DNA of 64,000 nt. It comes from Gloeobacterales cyanobacterium (lineage in GTDB: Bacteria; Cyanobacteriota; Cyanobacteriia; Gloeobacterales; PMM-0068). Under the pieces are notes generated by a model that did not search any database, had not been told where the DNA came from, and saw only the letters and a list, made by a program, of their open reading frames with translations. The stretch is from NCBI GenBank assembly GCA_038245785.1, contig JBBRSB010000022.1, forward strand, positions 1 to 64,000, given 5' to 3'. The position numbers and the translations under genes were made by a program. Of this stretch, positions 27,761 to 38,000 are shown piece by piece; position 1 is the first letter of the stretch, and every line of letters starts with the position of its first letter.

Positions 27761-29398
27761 TTACGTCATTGCCGTTGTTTTACAGCTGTCATGACAGACA
27801 GCATCCAAACTGCAACAGAGAGAACAGATAGGTCCCTCATGGAAAGGACAATGGGCCATGTCTTCTTTTTCATAGGAGAGGTTGCATACGGAGCACTCCA
27901 CCGCGCCGATATCACCAGCTAAACGATATTGAGTATCCTCACGGGCGATGTAGTACTTACCTTTGGTAAAGAAGGCAATCAGCGGTGATAGAACAAAAGC
28001 CAAACCTAGGGCAATAAATGTAGAGAATGCCTGCGCTACTGGACCCATAAATCCGAAGAAGGCAATGATTGATATCACCGAGGCAATAATCATTGAGCCA
28101 AAGCCAACGGGGTTGAAGTTATAGAGGTGAGCCCGTTTGAACTCGATATAGCTTGGACTAATCCCCAAAGGCTTATTGATAACAAGGTCTGCCACCAATG
28201 CCCCAATCCAGGCAATCGCCACATTGGAGTAGAACCCCAGTACATAGAGCAGGGTATCGAATACGCCCAGCAACATTAGGGACAGGGCAATCGCAACGTT
28301 GAAGACTAGCCAAACCACGCGGCCAGGGTGAGCATGGGTGAGGCGGGAAAAGAAGTTGGACCAGGACAGCGAACCAGAGTAGGCATTGGTGACATTGATT
28401 TTGACTTGGGACAGAATCACAAAGAACGTAGCTACCGCTAGGACCACTCCGGGATTGGAGAATACCGCTTGGAAACCACTGATATACATCTGGATGGGCT
28501 CATTTGCCTTTTCTAGAGGTATGCCTTTGCTCGCCGCTAGGGACGTGAAGAAGGACCCCCCCCACTGCTTAAAGGCTCCCAGAAATACCCAGCCTGGACC
28601 GGCAAGAATAACCGCTAGCCACCATTTGACCTTATTTTCCTGTGTCTCATCGGGCATAAACCGTAAATAGTCTACCTGCTCACCAATCTGAGCAATCAAA
28701 GACAGAGCAACACCACAGGCCGCTCCAAAGAGCAAGGGATCGAATGCCGCACCACTTTTGGACTTTCCTGCAAAGCTGAGCCAGTTGGACCAAGACTCTG
28801 GCTGCTTAGAAAGAACGAAAATAAAAGGCAGAATCATCAGCGTTAGCCAGACTGGCTGCGTCCAGACTTGAAGCTGTGAAAGCAGAGTCATTCCATAGAC
28901 AACTAGGGGAATAATGACAATTGAAGAAACAATATATCCAAGCCAAAGAGGTAAACCAAAATAAATCTCAAAAGCCTGGGCCATGATCGCCCCTTCTAAG
29001 GCAAAGAAGATAAAAGTAAAGGAAGCATATACAAGAGAAGTGATTGTTGAGCCGATATAGCCAAAGCCCGCTCCTCGTGTTAGCAAATCCATATCAATAC
29101 TGTACTTAGCTGAATAGTAAGCAATCGGTAAACCCGTTAGAAATATAATGATGGCAGAAACTAAAATAGCCCAGAAAGCATTGGAGAAGCCGGAGCTAAT
29201 CGCGATGGAGCCACCGATGGCAAAGTCTGCCAAGTAGGATATTCCACCCAACGCAGCTGTGGCTACCGTGTATTCTGACCATCTCCTGAATGACTTCGGT
29301 GCGTAACGCAAGGAATAGTCTTCCAGCATTTCATTATTAACCCAAGAATTGTACTTCCTCTTTGCTTTTACAGAGGGGGTTGTGCTTGCTTCTTGCAT
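27761..29398 (-). CDS. NCS1/purine-cytosine-permease-like membrane protein with Cys-rich C-tail
   Basis: LEDYSLRYAP, DMDLLTRGAGFG, QIGEQVDYLRFMP, NVTNAYSGSL; many TM segments; CSVC...CPFH..ICSLCCSLD..CHDSC. Confidence 0.8.
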   Translation of the reverse strand: MQEASTTPSVKAKRKYNSWVNNEMLEDYSLRYAPKSFRRWSEYTVATAALGGISYLADFAIGGSIAISSGFSNAFWAILVSAIIIFLTGLPIAYYSAKYSIDMDLLTRGAGFGYIGSTITSLVYASFTFIFFALEGAIMAQAFEIYFGLPLWLGYIVSSIVIIPLVVYGMTLLSQLQVWTQPVWLTLMILPFIFVLSKQPESWSNWLSFAGKSKSGAAFDPLLFGAACGVALSLIAQIGEQVDYLRFMPDETQENKVKWWLAVILAGPGWVFLGAFKQWGGSFFTSLAASKGIPLEKANEPIQMYISGFQAVFSNPGVVLAVATFFVILSQVKINVTNAYSGSLSWSNFFSRLTHAHPGRVVWLVFNVAIALSLMLLGVFDTLLYVLGFYSNVAIAWIGALVADLVINKPLGISPSYIEFKRAHLYNFNPVGFGSMIIASVISIIAFFGFMGPVAQAFSTFIALGLAFVLSPLIAFFTKGKYYIAREDTQYRLAGDIGAVECSVCNLSYEKEDMAHCPFHEGPICSLCCSLDAVCHDSCKTTAMT

Positions 29399-29610
29399 GA
29401 CATACCGCTCAAATCAAGGCACTAGAACCTTAATTTCTGAGAAATTTAAGTTCTGTCAAATCAAACACAAAAACACCAATTAGAACAAATTTTCTAGTTC
29501 ATGAGAATATTGAGAGGAAGCAGTTAGTAGCAAAAATAAGTTATGCTGTATCTAGAGAAACAAACACAATATGATTCAAATCATATTTAGATTTCAGATT
29601 TTTTATTAGA

Positions 29611-31023
29611 TTACACTCTAGTTGGCTGCTTCTTGGAAAGCTCTTCTACGCAAATTCCTGCCACCATCGCCAAGGCCAGCCACCAGAGCAGTTGCACCTG
29701 CGGCCTATACCAAATGGTATCCACAAAACCTTGAACCATGAGCCCTACTAGAGATGTCAAGCAACAGGCCAACAAAACTGCTGTTTGCGGGCTTTTGTCT
29801 ATCAGTTTGCGCCACATACTGATGCCCCAAACGCCCGTAGTCCAGAGGATCCAAAGAAAAGAAGCTAAGCCCAAAATTCCAAGTTCGACAGCGATTTCCA
29901 GAGGAATAGAGTAGGCCCCTAAAGCGTCATAGCCCCCCCTCTGGTAGAAGGGATAGACCACCTTAAAGGTTCGGTCCCCTGGTCCAATACCGAACCACAA
30001 ATTTTCTTTAAATATTTCGAAACTGGCCACCCAGACGTTCTTGCGATGTCCCGTACTAGAGTCACCCTGTGAGATAGAAGCAAATCGATCCACGACCGAG
30101 GGCACGGCAATAGCAATTACCAAGAGAGCAAGCACCCCCATTCCCAGAAGACCCGGCAACAGCCAAGGTCGCCATCGAGCTGGTAAGCGCTGACTTAAGG
30201 GCTGCAAAGCAAACAAGGCCAGCACAAGAACCATAGCGCCTAAGCCCAGAAAGCCGCTCCGCGAGAAGGTCAGGAGGATACAGACAGTAGATAATCCAGT
30301 GGCCAAACCCGCCAAAGCTTTGGCACTCCACGCCCGAAATAGAACGACCCCGGACAAGCCCAAAGGTACGGCTGGGATTAAATAACCGGAGAGAAGAATT
30401 GGGTTACCTAAGAAGCTGTAGATGCGGGTGGTATCAGCCAACGAAGATTCCGCATCTACCCATCCTGGCAGGGGTGGCACGCCAATAATCCATTGCCTGA
30501 GTCCTTCTGCACAGACGGGTAGAACAGCCAGTAGATAACAGCCTAGGAGGACGGTTCGATATTTAGAAGACTGGCATAGACGGGTAAAAAGAGAAAACGA
30601 AAGAATATAGAGCGTGAACTTGAGCAGCCCCTCAAGACTGGTCGCGGAGTGAATCGAAGCCGCTGTCGAAACTACTCCCGCTGCCCAAAAAGTCACCACC
30701 GGAAGCGTTAGAGGGGAGAGAGGCTGTTTCTTAGTTAAAAATAATCCAGCCCATAGTCCAGCCCCAATCAGAAGAAAGAGGCCTATTTGTTCTGTGGAAG
30801 AAAAAGGAGCAATCAACAATAGAGTTCCGGCCCATCCCAGGGCAAGCGGCGTCAGCCAAGAACCAAATGAACTTTGCAGCGCCCAGGGTTCTAAACAGCC
30901 CTGAAATCTTCCCAGGAGACTGCCTAGCCACCAACTATTAAGATCAGACGAAACTAAGGCTAAGCGCCCAAGAAAACTGCCTTGTAGCCACCTGGGGCTA
31001 AATCGGTCACTCTGGACGGACAT
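29611..31023 (-). CDS. ictB: IctB family O-antigen-ligase-like membrane protein
   Basis: TRIYSFLGNP, TFSRSG, GDSS, GIGPG, ALGAYS, DTIWYRPQV. Confidence 0.85.
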   Translation of the reverse strand: MSVQSDRFSPRWLQGSFLGRLALVSSDLNSWWLGSLLGRFQGCLEPWALQSSFGSWLTPLALGWAGTLLLIAPFSSTEQIGLFLLIGAGLWAGLFLTKKQPLSPLTLPVVTFWAAGVVSTAASIHSATSLEGLLKFTLYILSFSLFTRLCQSSKYRTVLLGCYLLAVLPVCAEGLRQWIIGVPPLPGWVDAESSLADTTRIYSFLGNPILLSGYLIPAVPLGLSGVVLFRAWSAKALAGLATGLSTVCILLTFSRSGFLGLGAMVLVLALFALQPLSQRLPARWRPWLLPGLLGMGVLALLVIAIAVPSVVDRFASISQGDSSTGHRKNVWVASFEIFKENLWFGIGPGDRTFKVVYPFYQRGGYDALGAYSIPLEIAVELGILGLASFLWILWTTGVWGISMWRKLIDKSPQTAVLLACCLTSLVGLMVQGFVDTIWYRPQVQLLWWLALAMVAGICVEELSKKQPTRV

Positions 31024-31504
31024 CGACGGTACTCGCTTTGCTGCTGTACAAGTACGTTTCTATCTCTAGCGGAATTCCCACTTTCACTTTCGCTCCCCCA
31101 ATCACGTAGCCATTGGGCGTCTTGCTTGCCTGAGCCTTCAGCGTAAGGGTAATGTTTTTACCAAAGGTTTTATCGGGGTCTGGGAAATTCTTAGGCACAC
31201 CATTGATGGCAAGGGCTATCAGACGAGGCTCTATTTTGACCTTTTCAATAGTGGCTTCGCCCGCAGGCTGATTGCGGATATTGATATTGACCTTATCCCC
31301 GACCTTAAGAATGTCTGAATTGACGATACTGTTCTGGATAAGCATATCTATCTGAATCGTTTTGGTTTCAGTTTGCGTAACTTGTGCTTCAGAACGACCA
31401 GAACGAAACACAAAAAAACCCAACAGACCCAACACTAAAAGAACCAAGGCTCCAGCATCAATGATGTTGACCTTCCCAAAAAGCTTTCCATTCTCATCAA
31501 TCAT
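31007..31504 (-). CDS. DUF4330-like membrane-anchored protein
   Basis: MIDENGKLFGKVNIID, IRNQP, GGAKVKVG. Confidence 0.75.
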   Translation of the reverse strand: MIDENGKLFGKVNIIDAGALVLLVLGLLGFFVFRSGRSEAQVTQTETKTIQIDMLIQNSIVNSDILKVGDKVNINIRNQPAGEATIEKVKIEPRLIALAINGVPKNFPDPDKTFGKNITLTLKAQASKTPNGYVIGGAKVKVGIPLEIETYLYSSKASTVDVRPE

Positions 31505-31718
31505 GGCTTGGGGCCTGCAATAGACCCAGAGATTGTATCATTCTCGAAAATACATTCGTGTGTCATCCTGAAAATCCAAATGACTATTCAGAACTTCCAC
31601 GCGACCAGTGTATGGGGGTTCCGTGACGTTTGTAAACACTAGGTATAGTGTTTACAGGATCGGTAGGGCATGATCAACATCGACATGAAAGCGGACTCTG
31701 TTAACCGAGTGTGGCCTT

Positions 31719-32213
31719 TCACGTCGATAGCAAATCTATAACCGTTCCGCCCCGCAGTTGGTACTTAGCGGTCTCAATCTCTAAAGGGATACCCACTTTC
31801 ACCTTGGCTCCACCCACTGCATAGCCATTGGCGGTCTCACGGGCTTCAGCCTGAAAAGTTAAGACAACGTTCTTAGAATAAGGGTCGGCCGGGTCCGGAA
31901 TACTCTTTACTTGCCCATTGATAGGCAATGTAATCAAATGGGGCATTACTTTAATATTTTGCAGGGTAGCCAGTCCTGCAGACTGATTGCGGATGGTGAC
32001 ATTCGCTTTATCCCCTACATGAAAAGAATTGAGGTCACGGATATTTATTTCAGGCAAAAGCAGACTTATTTGAATCGTTTTGGGACTTGCTTGAGTTTCA
32101 GGACGACCAGAACGAATCACAAAATAGCCTGCAAGAGCCAAAATCGCGAAGAACACTATCCCTACATCGATGATGCTCACTTTGCCAAACAGCTTTCCAT
32201 TTTCATCCATCAT
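31719..32213 (-). CDS. DUF4330-like protein, paralog of 31007-31504
   Basis: MMDENGKLFGKVSIID, IRNQ, GGAKVKVGIPLEIET. Confidence 0.75.
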   Translation of the reverse strand: MMDENGKLFGKVSIIDVGIVFFAILALAGYFVIRSGRPETQASPKTIQISLLLPEINIRDLNSFHVGDKANVTIRNQSAGLATLQNIKVMPHLITLPINGQVKSIPDPADPYSKNVVLTFQAEARETANGYAVGGAKVKVGIPLEIETAKYQLRGGTVIDLLST

Positions 32214-32320
32214 GGCGTAGAGTCTGCGATCAACCCGGCAATCCTAGCACTTAAAAATTCAACGGTTCCCTGCCTTCAACCTCTTGCTCGTGGGTCGTTG
32301 AAGTTTTTTCGCATTTAGCC

Positions 32321-32351
32321 TTGACTTAGAGTGTGCTCTAAGACTTAGGCT
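32321..32351 (+). promoter_or_regulatory. MerR-type promoter with 19-bp spacer and operator dyad
   Basis: TTGACT-N19-TAGGCT with CTTAGAG-tgtg-CTCTAAG; ATG 6 nt downstream suggests a leaderless mRNA. Confidence 0.85.
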
Positions 32352-32357
32352 TCAGAT

Positions 32358-32819
32358 ATGGAAACGGAACTCACCATTCAACAGGTCGCAAATTCTACAG
32401 GGTTAAGCGTACACACCCTGCGCTATTACGAACGCAACGGTCTGATCGCACCGATTGATCGGGCTGCCAATGGTCATCGTCGATATTCGGACCAGAACAT
32501 TGCCTGGATTGAATTTTTGACGAAGTTACGCACCACGGGTATGCCGATTCGTCAGATGCAGCAATTTGCGGCCTTGGTGCGTGAACGTCCTGATGAGGTA
32601 CAGGAACGCCGCATCTTACTGGAAGTTCATCGTTCCGCCGTGCAAAAACACATGGATCAACTTAGTCATCATCTGGCAGTTATTGACTGGAAGATTCAGC
32701 ACTATCAAGAGCTGGAGAAAGCCAGAGGCAGTGACCAGGACTGTATCTATCCCGTACAGGAACAGCCCACTACGTCATCAATTTCTGAAAAACGCGCTAG
32801 GACTGGGTCCATTTCCTAG
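32358..32819 (+). CDS. MerR family regulator
   Basis: LTIQQVA..TGLSVHTLRYYE, NGHRRY, LRTTGMPI. Confidence 0.92.
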   Translation: METELTIQQVANSTGLSVHTLRYYERNGLIAPIDRAANGHRRYSDQNIAWIEFLTKLRTTGMPIRQMQQFAALVRERPDEVQERRILLEVHRSAVQKHMDQLSHHLAVIDWKIQHYQELEKARGSDQDCIYPVQEQPTTSSISEKRARTGSIS

Positions 32820-32907
32820 CCATCGTAGCAACTGACTGGCTAAAGAAGGGCAGGAATCATAGCTGCTCACAGAATCACTTTGCTCAAAATATCGAGGCTC
32901 TACTCTT

Positions 32908-33792
32908 ATGAACACACAAAATGTCGTCTTAATCACGGGCAGCAGTAGTGGCTTTGGCTATCTTGCAGCCCAAACGCTTGCCCGCAAAGGATATAGCGTT
33001 TATGCCACCATGCGCGATATAGAGGGGCGTAACGCTGCTCCCACCGAACAACTACGCGCTGTAGCGAGGGAAGAAAATCTATCTTTGGAGGTAGTCGAAC
33101 TGGATGTGACCAAGGATGCCTCTGTCGCCCTTGCCGTAGGCTCCGTCATCGAGCGTGCAGGGAAAATTGATGTCTTGGTTAACAACGCTGGGGTGATGTA
33201 TTCCGGAGTCACAGAAGCCTATACTCTCGAGCAGGCGTACCAACAGTTTGAGCCAAACTTCTTTGGAGTGATACGCATGAATCGGGCTGTACTCCCGCAT
33301 ATGCGTCAGCAAAAAAGTGGTTTGCTGATTCATCTAGGGTCTCTGGCTAGCGGGTTAATGTTTCCCTTCTATGGTCTCTACTGTGCAAGTAAGCACGCTG
33401 TGGAAGCTCTTGCATTGTCCTATCGCTATGACTTATCCAGTCTTGGCATTGATTCTGTCGTCGTCGAACCTGGTCCCTTTGCCACAAATCTACTTGGGAC
33501 TAACGACCCACCCCGCGACCAAGAGTGTCTTGCCGCCTATGGACCTGTGGCAGACATTCCGAGCAAGGTCACCCAAAACATCGAAGCAGGACTCCAAGAC
33601 CCTCAGGTGGCGGTTGACAGTATCGTCAACCTGATTGAAAGTCCCACGGGAGAACGCCCCTTCAGAACCGTTCCTGGCTTTGACTTTGGCTTGAGGCCAG
33701 TCAACGCCGCCAAAGAAATAGCGCAGCAGGGTCTCCTGGAAGCCCTCGCTTTGCAAGAGCTGGAACCGTTAAAGACAACTGCACTCCATTAA
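32908..33792 (+). CDS. Short-chain dehydrogenase/reductase
   Basis: TGSSSGFG, NNAG, YCASK. Confidence 0.92.
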   Translation: MNTQNVVLITGSSSGFGYLAAQTLARKGYSVYATMRDIEGRNAAPTEQLRAVAREENLSLEVVELDVTKDASVALAVGSVIERAGKIDVLVNNAGVMYSGVTEAYTLEQAYQQFEPNFFGVIRMNRAVLPHMRQQKSGLLIHLGSLASGLMFPFYGLYCASKHAVEALALSYRYDLSSLGIDSVVVEPGPFATNLLGTNDPPRDQECLAAYGPVADIPSKVTQNIEAGLQDPQVAVDSIVNLIESPTGERPFRTVPGFDFGLRPVNAAKEIAQQGLLEALALQELEPLKTTALH

Positions 33793-33816
33793 CTCCATCT
33801 ACACGAGGAATGTCCT

Positions 33817-34803
33817 ATGAAAACGCGACAATTAGGCAAAAATGGCCCTCAAGTCTCAGCGATCGGACTCGGCTGTATGGGCATGTCAGAATTCTATGGC
33901 AGCCGCAATGACCAAGATTCTATAGCCACCCTCCAGCGAGCCTTTGAACTGGGAATTACCTTCCTGGATACGGCTGATATGTATGGCCCACACCATAACG
34001 AAGAGCTAGTCGGTAAAGCAATTCAGGGCCATCGTGAGCAGATCGTTTTAGCTACCAAGTTTGGCATTGTTCGTGGGGAAGACCCGACGGTTCGCAGCGT
34101 GAACGGTAAACCTGAATATGTTCGCCAGGCTTGTGATGCCAGTCTCAAACGTTTAGGCGTAGACGTAATAGACCTCTATTACCAGCATCGGGTAGACCCC
34201 CAAGTTCCGATTGAAGAGACCGTGGGCGCGATGGCTGAACTGGTGAAAGAAGGAAAGGTTCGTTACCTGGGACTTTCTGAAGCGTCTCCCCAGACGCTGC
34301 GCCGCGCCTACGCCGTTCATCCGATTACAGCGCTACAAACGGAATATTCTTTATGGAGCCGCGATCCAGAAGATGAAATCCTGGCAACCTGCCGAGAATT
34401 GGGCATCGGCTTTGTCCCCTATAGTCCTTTAGGCCGGGGCTTCCTCACCGGACAGATCAAGCGCTTTGAAGACCTGGCCGAAGACGATTACCGTCGCTTT
34501 TCTCCTCGCTTTCAGGGCGAAAACTTCCAGCGCAATCTTGAGTTGGTCAAACAAATCGAGACAATGGCTACTGAAAAAGGCTGCCGTCCTTCTCAACTGG
34601 CCTTGGCCTGGGTCCTAGCTCAAGGAGAGGACATTGTGCCCATCCCCGGAACCAAGCGCATTCCCTACCTGGAAGAAAATATCGGAGCTCTAGAGGTCAA
34701 ACTGACGACTGACGACTTAGCCCGTATCGATGCCATTGCCCCCAAAGGTTCCGCCGCCGGTACACGCTATCCCGAAAGCATGATGAGCGCGGTGAATGGT
34801 TGA
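33817..34803 (+). CDS. Aldo/keto reductase
   Basis: [33 protein letters not shown]. Confidence 0.95.
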   Translation: MKTRQLGKNGPQVSAIGLGCMGMSEFYGSRNDQDSIATLQRAFELGITFLDTADMYGPHHNEELVGKAIQGHREQIVLATKFGIVRGEDPTVRSVNGKPEYVRQACDASLKRLGVDVIDLYYQHRVDPQVPIEETVGAMAELVKEGKVRYLGLSEASPQTLRRAYAVHPITALQTEYSLWSRDPEDEILATCRELGIGFVPYSPLGRGFLTGQIKRFEDLAEDDYRRFSPRFQGENFQRNLELVKQIETMATEKGCRPSQLALAWVLAQGEDIVPIPGTKRIPYLEENIGALEVKLTTDDLARIDAIAPKGSAAGTRYPESMMSAVNG

Positions 34804-34820
34804 GATTTCTGTTAGTAACA

Positions 34821-34913
34821 CCTCCTAATCCCCCAATTCTGGGGGACTTTGAGTATAGGCTTATAGCTAAGTGCAAGAGAAGATGGCTTCCTGCCCAAAA
34901 AATCGGGGGATGG
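34821..34913. repeat. C-rich/G-rich short inverted repeat element
   Basis: CTAATCCCCCAATTCTGGGGGACTTTGAG...CCCAAAAAATCGGGGGATGGG, related to 23207-23324. Confidence 0.55.
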
Positions 34914-35099
34914 GAAGCCATTTTAAATAGGTTCTTTACTCTTGGAAAGGGTAGAAAAATTCAATTGTGTATGGTGGACGAAGTTCAACTAAGTAAGCAA
35001 ACTATGAAAAAGAGAGTACTACTCAAGTCAGAAATCTCTCTTGCGAGTTATTTCTGCTAAACCCACGTTGTGTCTAACCTAATCTACTCACTTCGAATT

Positions 35100-38000
35100 T
35101 TAAGTCAGGATAGGTTGTGAATCTTTCCATATAGTAATCAATGTTTTAATTTCAGATCGTTGAATTGGCAACGCAGCAAACCTTTGCTGAATTTTTGAAT
35201 CAAGCTGCTCACTAACTTTTATCATAGATCTACCAGTCGAGAGAGCTTTAAGTAGCTCAAATATGAGACAATCTCGATCAACAGGAATAAGTACTTGGCC
35301 ATAAAGTTTGTAGATAAACTGAGTAGAAATATCTAAAGCATATTCCAGATTAGTACGGACATCTTTAATGATCTTAAGGATGGATATATAGTTAAATCCA
35401 ATTTTAAAATTAGATTTTCGAACACTTTCAAAGAGCGTAGTATCATCAATAATAGTGTAATAAAATCCCAAATATACTAACTGGCAGACAGCATCATTAT
35501 ACTGAGATTGAGAAAGTGTATTCCGCTTCAGACTGTGATGTAAAACTACCTGTGTCCAGACCCCTCTCACATTAGAATCTGATTGAGCATAATGTCGCAA
35601 TAATTGGTCATCAGAATAAAGAACATGATTAGACTCACTAGCAATCAACATAGTATCAACGAAAGATTGACCAAAAATTCCATTACGCTTTTCTCGCTCA
35701 CCACTATTTATGCTAAGTGCACGTCTGCAAGATAAAATTTGACAATTTTTTCGAACCCAAGCAAGAACTTTTTCAATATAGCTCAAGCTTTTAAATACTT
35801 GTTCAGCAGTTGTGTCCTGTATAGCCAGAGAACCATTTTCTAAGCTAATCGTTGAGAATCCATTTGATTGAAGTTCACGCCGCTCATTAGCGACATCTTC
35901 TAGAAGAAGAATAGTTGAACGAGCTATTCCAAATTTTCCAAGCATCTGTACAACTTCGTCAGCAATACCTAATTGATGTACTGTCAAAAGTGATGTTAAA
36001 TCAATAACAACAAGCTCTCCTCGTGCAAGTGTAGTGAGACCTTCCTCAAATTCTTTTCCAGGCCCTTGCCAACAACATAACTTTGAGTCAGGACGTCGAA
36101 TCAGTTCAAAAAACAGGTCAACAGGATTACGCTGGAGTAATTCAGCAAACATTCCAAAAGGTATTGTACCCTGTTGATAATACGCCGAAATCTGTTCAAA
36201 TTTATTCATTCTCAGTTCAAGCACTGTCTGCATATTTTTTATCCATTCAGGGTCGATATTATCGTTCTCTGAATCCAATATATTGAAAGTCCTAAATCCC
36301 TCCACTTCTGGACTATTTTCGATTATTTGAATGCTCTTCATATATGCAGCATAGTATTTGCTTTTAATGTCTAAAACAATGACACTACTTTTACCAAAAA
36401 TATCTTCTTTTATAATGATTTCATCACCAACTTTCTTAGCTATCATTTTTTTTGCTAAGGAATCTTCTACAGACAATTCTTGATGCCCAATTGCATGAGA
36501 TAATTTGTCTTCAATAATTTGCCAAGTTTTAACTTCATGTTGATCTTTTAATAGAACTCCAGTATTGGGTATCACTCTCTCTGGATCTATATCAAGCAAT
36601 TTAAAATTATTTTCTTCTTTGAGATAGAAAGTAGCATATATTTTATGAGCCTCCCAATTATCGTAAAAACGCTTTTGCAACTCATATAGAGTTTCCAATA
36701 AGTCTTGAAATCTATTTCGATTTCTATAAAGATATATAAGAACTTTACATAAATCAAAAGACAGTCCGTTAAGACGAGGGTGCAAGTCAAGAAATTGGTC
36801 TAGCTCATCTAGATTATCCATTAAAAAATTAATACGGGCTAAATGAATTTGCATTGAAATATCATTAGGAAATAATCGCAAATAATCTTTGCATACCGAA
36901 TAAGCAGTATTAAGTTCATCTATGTCTATATATAGATTGACAGCCAAATCAGATATCTGATCAAGAGGGCCATATTTTTTAAGAAGACCTTCACATATGG
37001 GCAGAGCTTTTCCAAGGTCACCAGAACCCAGGTATGAGTTAAGTAGACTGCGTATAAAGCGAGTGTTCAAAGTTATATCAACAAATTTCTCATAAATCTC
37101 AGCTGCATCCTTGTAGTGTTTTAGTTCATTTAGCAAATCAGCTAGCATAATTTGGTCACGGAGACATGCATTCTCACCCAAAGAAGCTTTTGCTTGGGCT
37201 ATATACGACTCAACTCCACTAGCATCTTGCGCTTTTAACGCAGCACGAACTGCAATTATCAACGTAACGGTATCACATGTGTATTCAGCAAGTAGACTCT
37301 TTATTAAAACTTTAGTCTGTTCATAATCATCTTCTTGTAAACTCAATTGCATGAGCAAATGATTAGCTTCTTTTCTGTATGAATCGTTATCTGTTTGAAA
37401 TTGCTCAAGTACTTTTTTGGCATCTTTAAATCGTCCTTCATCCATCATCCATGCAGCAGTCAGAATCGACGCCTCAGGTGTGGAAGGGTTAGTGATAATT
37501 TCCTCTAGATAAGTAATGGCTTGAGATTTTTCATTCCTGGTATAAGCAAGTAGAGCACGTTGCTTAATTAGTTGGGGATTATGAGGTTTTATTCTTAGAG
37601 CAATATCTGTATCGCGAATGGCTTCATCTATCCTGTTTAGCCATCTCAAAGCGCTGCCTCTATTAGCAAGTGGTACTAACAAGCCCGAATGTAAGTTCTG
37701 CGGATAATCCCCACCTATAATTTCGGTTAGTATCTCTATTGCCCGCTCCAGCGCAAGTTGCTGATCAGCTGTGATTTGTCCTGCCAAGAGTAATGAGAAG
37801 TTCTTAAGTATGGGTTCCATTATTGCCACGGCCAGCAAGACCTTAATATTGCTTAGATCTCCAGCTTCACCATTTTTGATGGCTGTTTGAAACCATTTCT
37901 TAGCAAGCTCATAAGACTTGCGATTGAGAGCAGCCTCTCCTATAGCTGCTGCCACTTCTGCATTAGACCTATATTGGGCTGGAGCCAGATTGATTATTGT

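Noticed and set aside
29548..29561. Possible NtcA box upstream of the formamidase operon (GTA-N8-AAC)
   Set aside because: One mismatch to GTA-N8-TAC and no TAN3T at the expected distance.
29611..31023. ictB as a bicarbonate transporter belonging to the carbon cluster
   Set aside because: The motifs are O-antigen-ligase-like, the transporter annotation is historical, and I saw no ATAG-N8-CTAT upstream.
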